64,000 bases of DNA, taken from contig JAWODM010000034.1 in assembly GCA_046483305.1 (NCBI GenBank), forward strand, positions 27,997 through 91,996, read 5' to 3'. Source of the stretch: Candidatus Krumholzibacteriales bacterium. GTDB taxonomy: Bacteria > Krumholzibacteriota > Krumholzibacteriia > Krumholzibacteriales > WJIX01. This document shows positions 57,147 through 64,000 of the stretch, one piece after another. The position numbers and the translations under genes were made by a program. The stretch's first letter is position 1. Every line of letters begins with the position of its first letter. The notes under the pieces are model-generated. The model was given only the letters and a program-made list of their open reading frames with translations. It was not told where the DNA came from and did no database searches.

Positions 57147-58142
57147 ATGGAAGACGAACAGAGAAGACGGGATATCAGAAAAGAGATTGACGATCTCAAG
57201 AGGAAGGCTTCCGAAAAATTCCGGAGTAAGGGGATACCCGAACCTGCCAGGGGATTTCTGGAGCGGGCTTCCCGGTTCGACCCTCCCGCCGGAGGTTCAG
57301 GCCCGGCCCGAAACAACGGCCGGGAATCGAGGAGCGAGGAAGAAATTGTCCTTGGCGGATTGAGGGATATTATACGGGAAACCAATGAGAGGGAAAAGGC
57401 AGCGGCCGGGGGAGAGGAAGTTTTTGTTGATCTGGAGGCGGCGGTTTCGGGTGAGGAGACCGCATTCGGCTCCGGGGCGTTTTTCCGGATAACCGACCGT
57501 TGCGGCGATCTTGAAAACGGAGAATGGGGTAATTACCCGGAGATTCTATCGGATTCAGCTGAGTCTGACATTCCTGGAGATACCTCCCTGAAACTGCTGA
57601 GCAGTATTGAACCGGAGCGGGTCTGTTATCTGGATATTGAGACAACCGGCCTTAAATCTGTCCCCCTGTTCCTGATAGGCCTGCTGTATCAGGATGGAGA
57701 CCGTCTGTTAATAGATCAGCTTTTTGCCCGTGACTACGGCGAGGAAAAATCTCTTCTGGAATTTGCATCCGATTACCTGAAGCGCTTCAGCCTGGTGGTA
57801 ACCTTCAACGGAAGAAGCTTTGACATACCTTATATACTGGAGAGAATGGATCTCTGGGGGGTCGACCGTTTCAGCTTCGAGAAGCACCTTGACCTTCTTC
57901 ACCTGTCCAGGAAGATGGTAGGCGGGAAGACTCCCAACCACAAGCTTCAGACGCTGGAGCGGTATCTGCTGGGAAGCAGAAGGATAGGCGATACCCCGGG
58001 ATACCGGATTCCTGATCTGTATCACGATTTCGTAAAGAGCGGAAACGCGGCCGGTATAGCCGGCATTATCGAACATAACCGTATTGATCTGGTTTCCATG
58101 GTCCGCCTGGTGACGCTGTTTCTCTCAGGCCCATTGCCCTGA
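57147..58142 (+). CDS. RNase H-like / DEDD-family 3'-5' exonuclease domain protein (YprB/MrfB-like) with a charged low-complexity N-terminus
   Basis: C-terminal YLDIETTG exonuclease motif I and downstream acidic/His motif. Precedes a DUF1998 helicase, as in yprA-yprB. Confidence 0.6.
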   Translation: MEDEQRRRDIRKEIDDLKRKASEKFRSKGIPEPARGFLERASRFDPPAGGSGPARNNGRESRSEEEIVLGGLRDIIRETNEREKAAAGGEEVFVDLEAAVSGEETAFGSGAFFRITDRCGDLENGEWGNYPEILSDSAESDIPGDTSLKLLSSIEPERVCYLDIETTGLKSVPLFLIGLLYQDGDRLLIDQLFARDYGEEKSLLEFASDYLKRFSLVVTFNGRSFDIPYILERMDLWGVDRFSFEKHLDLLHLSRKMVGGKTPNHKLQTLERYLLGSRRIGDTPGYRIPDLYHDFVKSGNAAGIAGIIEHNRIDLVSMVRLVTLFLSGPLP

Positions 58143-58214
58143 GAAAAAATTCCCTGTTAACGGCCGCTTCATTAAGTTAGAATACTTTGCAGGTAAGACA
58201 GCCGAGGAGAGATA

Positions 58215-60644
58215 TTGAATACTGAAAAGTTCCTCAACAAAATCAGAAACAGCGATTTCTACAGCGGTCAGATAGTTCACTGCCACAGGATAGAACCCCG
58301 CGGCGCCCGCACCGGCAGCCTGAAGAAAGGGCTTCCTGACAGGCTGGCCGAAGTTCTTGCCGGTTCCGGAATAGATCAGCTTTACTCCCACCAGGTAGAA
58401 GCGGTGGAGAATCTTCGCGAGGGAAACAGCGTAGTAGTGGTTACATCCACAGCCAGCGGGAAGACCCTCTGCTATAACATCCCGGTCCTGGAGCGTTTCC
58501 TGGAGAATGGCCAGGCCAGGGCGCTCTATATCTATCCCACCAAGGCGCTGGCCCAGGATCAGCTGAGAGTGCTGGACCGTTACAGCAGGCAGGGGATCAA
58601 TATCAAAGCCGGCACTTACGACGGCGACACCCCCGGATCCCAGAGAAGGCAGTTGAGGGAGGAAGCAAATATTATACTCACCAACCCGGACATGCTTCAC
58701 TCCGGCATCCTTCCCAATCACGCGAAATGGGCGGGATTCTTCTCCCGCCTGGATTTCGTGGTAATCGACGAGATTCATACCTACCGGGGGATTTTCGGGT
58801 CTCACGTATCCAACGTCATCAGGAGGCTGGAGAGAATAACACGGCATTACGGGGCGGCCCCCGTCTATGCGGCTTCATCGGCTACCATAGCGAACCCGGG
58901 GGAACACGCGGAAAGGCTCATGGGAAGAAAGGTCAAGGTGATAAGCCGGGACGGATCTCCCAGAGGAGAGAAGAAGTTCATCATGTGGAACCCTCCCACC
59001 CTGGATGAAATCGGGATAGACCGGAAAAGCTCCAATACCGAGGCTGCCGAGATAATAGCCAGGCTGATGATGGATGATATACAGACCATTGCGTTTGTAA
59101 GAGCAAGAGTTGTCAGCGAGGTGCTGACCCGCTATGTAAGAGGTATTATGGAAGGGTCCAGGGCGGGGAAAAAAGATGCGGTTCATCCCTACCGGGGGGG
59201 GTACCTACCCGGCGAGCGCAGGGAAATAGAAAAACGGCTGTTCGAAGGGGACCTTAAAGCGGTAATAAGCACCAATGCTCTGGAACTGGGGATCGATGTG
59301 GGGGCTCTTCACGCCTCGGTGATAGTCGGTTATCCGGGGAGCATAGCCTCGACCTGGCAGCAGGCCGGAAGGGCGGGGCGGGGAGAAGAGGAATCAGTTG
59401 TTTTCTTTATTCCCCACAATACCCCCCTGGATCAATACCTCATTAAACATCCCGAGTATTTCTTCGGAAGGTCTCCTGAGAACGCCATCATTGATCCCGG
59501 TAATCCCCACGTGCTGCTGGGACAGATCAGGACAGCCGCCTTTGAGCTTCCTCTCTCCGGAGAGGAGGTGGGGGAAATGGGAGAGTACGCCCCTGCCATA
59601 GCCCGGCTTCTGGAGGAGGAAGGTGAACTGAACTATCTCCGGGGCGACTGGTACTGGCGGGGGAAGGGTTATCCCAGCGCCTCGGTTAACCTCAGGAATA
59701 TATCCCCGAACACCTACACCATAATAGATACCACATCAGGCAACAGCGTTATCGGAACCATCGATGAAGCCAGCGCTTTTCAGCAGGTTCACCCTCAGGC
59801 AATCTATCTGCATGAGGCGGAGACCTATATGGTTGACCGGCTCGATATCGACAGAAGGACGGCAATGGTGAGCCGGTGCGATGTGGATTACTATACCCAG
59901 TCTATTACTGAAACGCAGGTGAAGGTGGACCGGGACGAGAAGAGGGAAAAGTGGAGGGTCAGCGAACTGGCTTTCGGCGACGTTTCGGTTACAGACCTCA
60001 CCTTCATGTTCAGGAAGATAAAGTTTGGAAGCAGGGATTCGATAGGATACGGCAAGTGCGATCTGCCTCCCCAGATTCTAAAGACAGCCGGCCTGTGGCT
60101 GGTGCCGCCTCCGGGTGTTTTCAGCACGGTCAGAGAGTGGGGGAGGATCCCCTCCGAGGGGCTGCTCGGCCTTTCCAATGTTCTTCGCGAAGTGGTGCCG
60201 CTGTTCGTAATGTGCGATCCCCTGGACATCGGAACCACCGTAAATGCCCGTTCGACCAGGGGGCAGGCTGTATATCTCTACGATAAGTATCCCGGAGGGC
60301 TGGGCTTTTCGCTCAAGGCATTCGATCTTATCGAGGAGATCATGATAGCATCGCTGGAGCTGATCGAATCCTGTTCCTGCAGGAGAGGGTGCCCCTCCTG
60401 CGTGGGTTCGCCGATACCTCCCTTCTCACAGCTCGATCCCGATACCGGAGGAAGAGGGATGATCCCGGACAGGGAAGCGGCGCTGATGATCCTGCACGCT
60501 CTCCTGGAGATGAAACCATACCGGCCGGCCGCTCCCAGGAGAGAATCAGGCGGCCCTGAGGTTGAGAGGCCATCCGGGAAATCGCTTCCGGTGGAACTGG
60601 AGGGTAAGCTCCGGGAAGAAATTTATAATCGGACAAGAAAATAG
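58215..60644 (+). CDS. DEAD/DEAH-box helicase with C-terminal DUF1998 four-Cys domain (YprA/MrfA-like)
   Basis: Walker A TASGKT, DEIH box, helicase C motifs (QQAGRAGR), C-terminal CSCRRGCPSC zinc motif; 809 aa. Confidence 0.8.
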   Translation: MNTEKFLNKIRNSDFYSGQIVHCHRIEPRGARTGSLKKGLPDRLAEVLAGSGIDQLYSHQVEAVENLREGNSVVVVTSTASGKTLCYNIPVLERFLENGQARALYIYPTKALAQDQLRVLDRYSRQGINIKAGTYDGDTPGSQRRQLREEANIILTNPDMLHSGILPNHAKWAGFFSRLDFVVIDEIHTYRGIFGSHVSNVIRRLERITRHYGAAPVYAASSATIANPGEHAERLMGRKVKVISRDGSPRGEKKFIMWNPPTLDEIGIDRKSSNTEAAEIIARLMMDDIQTIAFVRARVVSEVLTRYVRGIMEGSRAGKKDAVHPYRGGYLPGERREIEKRLFEGDLKAVISTNALELGIDVGALHASVIVGYPGSIASTWQQAGRAGRGEEESVVFFIPHNTPLDQYLIKHPEYFFGRSPENAIIDPGNPHVLLGQIRTAAFELPLSGEEVGEMGEYAPAIARLLEEEGELNYLRGDWYWRGKGYPSASVNLRNISPNTYTIIDTTSGNSVIGTIDEASAFQQVHPQAIYLHEAETYMVDRLDIDRRTAMVSRCDVDYYTQSITETQVKVDRDEKREKWRVSELAFGDVSVTDLTFMFRKIKFGSRDSIGYGKCDLPPQILKTAGLWLVPPPGVFSTVREWGRIPSEGLLGLSNVLREVVPLFVMCDPLDIGTTVNARSTRGQAVYLYDKYPGGLGFSLKAFDLIEEIMIASLELIESCSCRRGCPSCVGSPIPPFSQLDPDTGGRGMIPDREAALMILHALLEMKPYRPAAPRRESGGPEVERPSGKSLPVELEGKLREEIYNRTRK

Positions 60645-60705
60645 GCTTTAATCGAAACCCGGGAGCGGAAATTCCGAAAAAAACAGGGATCAGGCAATAC
60701 TGTGT

Positions 60706-60734
60706 TTGACCACCGGCTGATCCTTTGATATATT
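60706..60734 (+). promoter_or_regulatory. putative sigma70 promoter of the sdh operon (TTGACC, 17 nt spacer, TATATT)
   Basis: TTGACC at 60706-60711 and TATATT at 60729-60734. A GC-rich hairpin lies in the 5' UTR. Confidence 0.35.
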
Positions 60735-60822
60735 GATTTCAAATTATTCCGGTCGTCTGTGAGCCGGCAGGGCTCCGCCGGGCCCGGCGACCAGAGCTCT
60801 TAACAGAAACAGGAGGAACCCT

Positions 60823-61197
60823 ATGAGGGTAATCAAGCATTACCGGGTACACCTGGGAACTTTCGCCTGGATTCTTCACCGGCTGTCCGGTTTGGGTTTG
60901 ATCTTTTACTTACTGCTTCACATATGGGTTATCGGCCACCTTGCCGGAGGCGAAGAATCCTTCGACTCAATTATGGAATTCTTCAGCAATCCGCTTTTCA
61001 AAATTCTGGAAATCGGATTGATAGGAGTAATATTCTACCATCTGTTCAACGGCCTGAGACTGACCATAATGGATATGGGCTGGCTGGTAGAAAAACAGAA
61101 GTCCCTTTTTGTGATTTTCGTAATAATCTGGTTGATATCGTGGTTTGCCGTATCCGGAGTAATGTATATGAAGTACTTCGGTTCGGCGGCCGGATAA
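60823..61197 (+). CDS. sdhC: succinate dehydrogenase / fumarate reductase cytochrome b subunit
   Basis: Three TM helices with conserved His; 124 aa; first of the sdhCDAB order. Confidence 0.75.
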   Translation: MRVIKHYRVHLGTFAWILHRLSGLGLIFYLLLHIWVIGHLAGGEESFDSIMEFFSNPLFKILEIGLIGVIFYHLFNGLRLTIMDMGWLVEKQKSLFVIFVIIWLISWFAVSGVMYMKYFGSAAG

Positions 61198-61210
61198 GGG
61201 AGGGAGCAAG

Positions 61211-61570
61211 ATGTACAAGAGAAATGTCAGATCGGGCGGTGCTCTCCTGTGGTTGTTCCAGAGGATCAGCGGTATATATCTCGCGGTGATCCTGGCTGTT
61301 CATGTAATTCTGCTTCACGTTATGATAGACGGAGAAGTTACCTGGGCAGCGGTTGCCGAGCGCGCTTCCTCGCCGATGTGGAAAATGATAAATATATCCT
61401 TCCTGCTGGTAGCGCTTTTTCACGGCCTCTACGGCCTGTGGATAGTGCTGGACGACTATCTGGATGCCGGCTGGGCCAGGGTATTAATTTTCAGTTTGAT
61501 ATCGGTAATTACTCTGGTTTTTGCCGTATACGGAACAATTACCATGCTCACCTTTCATGTGGGAGGTTAA
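61211..61570 (+). CDS. sdhD: succinate dehydrogenase hydrophobic membrane anchor subunit
   Basis: Three TM helices; 119 aa; between sdhC and sdhA. Confidence 0.7.
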   Translation: MYKRNVRSGGALLWLFQRISGIYLAVILAVHVILLHVMIDGEVTWAAVAERASSPMWKMINISFLLVALFHGLYGLWIVLDDYLDAGWARVLIFSLISVITLVFAVYGTITMLTFHVGG

Positions 61571-61576
61571 TCGATA

Positions 61577-63361
61577 ATGTTTAATAACGATCCTGAAACT
61601 ATACATGATATAAAGGGAGTGCCCATACACAGCGTGTATCAGCACGATGTAGTCATTGTGGGCGCCGGACTGGCCGGGTTGCGGGCGGCGATCGAAGTTG
61701 CCGCCGATCACGATACCGCTGTTATCAGCAAGGTGTTCCCCACCCGCTCTCATAGCGGCGCCGCCCAGGGCGGCATCGCGGCCTCGCTGGCCAATGAAGA
61801 AGAAGATCACTGGGAATGGCACATGTTCGATACCGTGAAGGGGAGCGACTACCTGGGCGACCAGGAGGCCATCGAGATTCTGGTAAAAGAGGCCCCGGTA
61901 GTGGTGAGGGAATTCGAGCATTACGGAGTGCCCTATTCCAGGACCAGCGAGGGCCGGATTGCCCAGAGGAAATTCGGCGGGCATACCAAGGATTTCGGCA
62001 GGGGCGGCCCCGTATTGCGGGCCTGTTACGCGGCGGACAGAACCGGCCATGTCCTGCTTCACACCCTTTATGAACAGTGCATAAAACACCAGGTCCGGTT
62101 CTACTCCGAATACTATGCCCTCTCTCTGATAATAGAAGACGATGTCTGCCGGGGATTGGCAGTGTGGGATATGATTAACGGGGGAGTCCATGTAATACGG
62201 GCCAAGGCCGTTCTTTTCGGAACCGGGGGGTACGGCAGGGTATTCAAGATAACCTCGAACGCTTTCGCGAATACCGGAGACGGCCTCAGCCTTACCATGA
62301 GAGCGGGGATCCCGCTGGAAGACCTCGAATTCGTTCAGTTTCATCCCACCGGACTCTACAAGCAGGGTATCCTGGTAACCGAGGGAGCGCGTGGCGAAGG
62401 GGGGTATCTTCTGAACGGCAAGGGCGAGCGGTTCATGGAGAAATACGCTCCGGAAAAGATGGAACTGGCGCCCAGAGACCTGGTTTCCCGTTCGATCCAG
62501 ACAGAAATTAATGAGGGAAGGGGCATCAACGGAGAGGATTACGTCCATATAGATATCCGTCACCTCGGCAGGGATAACATTCTCAGGAAACTGCCCCAGA
62601 TACATGAGCTGGCCCTGAAATTCCTGGATGTCGACTGCATAGAGGAACCGATCCCTATTCAGCCCACCGCTCATTATTCGATGGGAGGGATTCCGGTGGA
62701 TATTCATGGCAGGGTGCTTGCCGACGGAAAGCAGAAACCGGTAAAGGGCTTCTATGCTGCCGGTGAATGCGCCTGTGTAAGTGTTCACGGAGCCAACAGG
62801 CTGGGAACCAACTCGCTCCTGGAGGCGTCCCTGTTCGGCAGAAGAGCGGGCAAGGCGATGGATGAATTCCTTCATGAAACAGAGGACTTCGCTCCGATCC
62901 CGCCGGATGCCGCTCAGTCGGCCCTGAAGGAAGTGGATACCATGCTGTCAGCGGACGGCGATGAAAAGCTGGTTGATATCAGGAGAGAGATGCAGGAGAA
63001 GATGATGCTGAAGTGCGGGATATTCCGGGATGCCTCTTCTCTGAAGGAGATGATGGACGATATTCACTCCCTTCAGGAGAGATTCAGGAATATCAAAGTG
63101 AGCGACAGGAGCAAGACCTATAATTACGATCTGATCGAGGCGCTGGAGCTTGGCCACATGCTGGAGTTTGCAGAAGTGATTGTAGCTGCGGCCATTAATC
63201 GCGAGGAGAGTAGAGGCGCTCACAGCAGAACTGATTTTCCCGACAGGGATGACGATAACTGGCTCAAACATACCCTGGCATGGAAGAAGGACGGAAAGGT
63301 CGAATTTGACTACAAGCCGGTGACTATAACCAGATTCCAGCCGAAAGAACGGAAATATTAA
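61577..63361 (+). CDS. sdhA: succinate dehydrogenase / fumarate reductase flavoprotein subunit
   Basis: [13 protein letters not shown] motif, covalent-FAD His region ([10 protein letters not shown]), HPTG and RLGTNSLLE motifs; 594 aa. Confidence 0.9.
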   Translation: MFNNDPETIHDIKGVPIHSVYQHDVVIVGAGLAGLRAAIEVAADHDTAVISKVFPTRSHSGAAQGGIAASLANEEEDHWEWHMFDTVKGSDYLGDQEAIEILVKEAPVVVREFEHYGVPYSRTSEGRIAQRKFGGHTKDFGRGGPVLRACYAADRTGHVLLHTLYEQCIKHQVRFYSEYYALSLIIEDDVCRGLAVWDMINGGVHVIRAKAVLFGTGGYGRVFKITSNAFANTGDGLSLTMRAGIPLEDLEFVQFHPTGLYKQGILVTEGARGEGGYLLNGKGERFMEKYAPEKMELAPRDLVSRSIQTEINEGRGINGEDYVHIDIRHLGRDNILRKLPQIHELALKFLDVDCIEEPIPIQPTAHYSMGGIPVDIHGRVLADGKQKPVKGFYAAGECACVSVHGANRLGTNSLLEASLFGRRAGKAMDEFLHETEDFAPIPPDAAQSALKEVDTMLSADGDEKLVDIRREMQEKMMLKCGIFRDASSLKEMMDDIHSLQERFRNIKVSDRSKTYNYDLIEALELGHMLEFAEVIVAAAINREESRGAHSRTDFPDRDDDNWLKHTLAWKKDGKVEFDYKPVTITRFQPKERKY

Positions 63362-63374
63362 AGGAGGCTTTTTA

Positions 63375-64000
63375 ATGAAAAAGTTAACTTTCAAGATTAA
63401 CCGCTATAATCCTGATGATGAACGCACTGGCCATTTCATGCAGGAGTACGAACTGGAAGTGCCCTCCGGCCACACCGTTCTGGACTGCCTCAACGACATT
63501 AAATGGAATCAGGACGGAACATTGACTTTCCGCCGTTCATGCCGCAGCGGTATCTGCGGGTCCTGCGCAATGACCATTAATGGCGTCAATATGCTTGCCT
63601 GCGAGACGCAGGCCCTGGCCCTTGGAACCGATACCATAACCATCGAACCCTTAAGGGGTTGTGAAGTAATCAAGGACCTGGTGGTGTCGCTGGATTCGCT
63701 GGTCGACGGACTTTACGCGGTGAAGCCATACCTGATCGCCGATACTCCGCCTCCCACTGACCAGGAAAGGCTGCAGAGCGTGGAGGAACGCGACAGGCTG
63801 GACGGGCTCTACGAATGTATCCTCTGCGGAGCCTGCACTTCTTCATGCCCTTCTTTCTGGGCTGACAAGAAGTATATAGGACCTCACAGTCTGCTTAAGG
63901 CCTACAGATTCATAGCTGATTCAAGGGATACCGCCCCGCAGGAGCATATGGATGCCCTGGATGACAAGCACGGCCTGTGGCGCTGCCACAGTATTTTTAA
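63375..64000 (+). CDS. sdhB: succinate dehydrogenase iron-sulfur subunit, 3' end cut by the window edge
   Basis: 2Fe-2S motif CRSGICGSC and 4Fe-4S motif CILCGACTSSCP. The ORF runs off the window end. Confidence 0.85.
   Translation, partial: MKKLTFKINRYNPDDERTGHFMQEYELEVPSGHTVLDCLNDIKWNQDGTLTFRRSCRSGICGSCAMTINGVNMLACETQALALGTDTITIEPLRGCEVIKDLVVSLDSLVDGLYAVKPYLIADTPPPTDQERLQSVEERDRLDGLYECILCGACTSSCPSFWADKKYIGPHSLLKAYRFIADSRDTAPQEHMDALDDKHGLWRCHSIF

Noticed and set aside
58215-60644. DISARM (DrmA-like) defence system based on the DUF1998 helicase
   Set aside because: No DrmB, DrmC (PLD) or DNA methyltransferase genes nearby. The partner is a DEDD exonuclease, matching the MrfAB repair pair instead.
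1-64000. CRISPR arrays, integrases/transposases, prophage genes
   Set aside because: No direct-repeat/spacer periodicity and no recombinase-like ORFs. The only mobile-element-like signature is the small inverted-repeat element at 14835-14982.

Overview
This 64 kb window is from a roughly 55% GC bacterial chromosome. The gene content (PorX/PorY-like two-component pair, QueH, Hdr-Mvh) suggests an uncultivated anaerobe related to the Fibrobacteres-Chlorobi-Bacteroidetes group, but that assignment is inference. In order, the window holds: an hdrCBA-mvhDGA operon with a hydrogenase maturation protease and hypA; a leftward RND efflux operon (beta-barrel protein, TolC-like, periplasmic adaptor, RND pump, P-II-like protein); an XRE regulator plus membrane protein; a roughly 2.2 kb AT-rich island (about 30% GC) carrying a convergent AbiEi-like/AbiEii-like pair behind repeated perfect palindromes; cysK preceded by a Cys-codon leader peptide with an attenuator-like terminator; a nucleotide-sugar and glycosyltransferase cluster; serS; a PorY/PorX-like histidine kinase and PglZ response regulator; tsaE, tsaB, rimI and a purine nucleoside phosphorylase; accD, folC, a ROK kinase and a large LptD/OstA-like protein; hup; a signal-peptide metallophosphoesterase-like domain fused to a tetraheme cytochrome c domain and interrupted by an in-frame TGA; several small zinc-ribbon and secreted proteins; a divergent histidine-kinase-like protein; a TPR/DUF4388 protein; an acyl-CoA dehydrogenase, lpd and an M16 peptidase; a ferredoxin; selD, whose true 5' end contains an in-frame TGA (selenocysteine) codon that the ORF track missed; queH; an M23 peptidase; a MrfB/YprB-like exonuclease with a MrfA/YprA-like DUF1998 helicase; and sdhCDAB (sdhB cut by the window edge). 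TGA works as an ordinary stop in several confident genes, so the two in-frame TGAs are local events, not a code reassignment. Most minus-strand ORFs that overlap these genes in the six-frame track are GC-driven artefacts.
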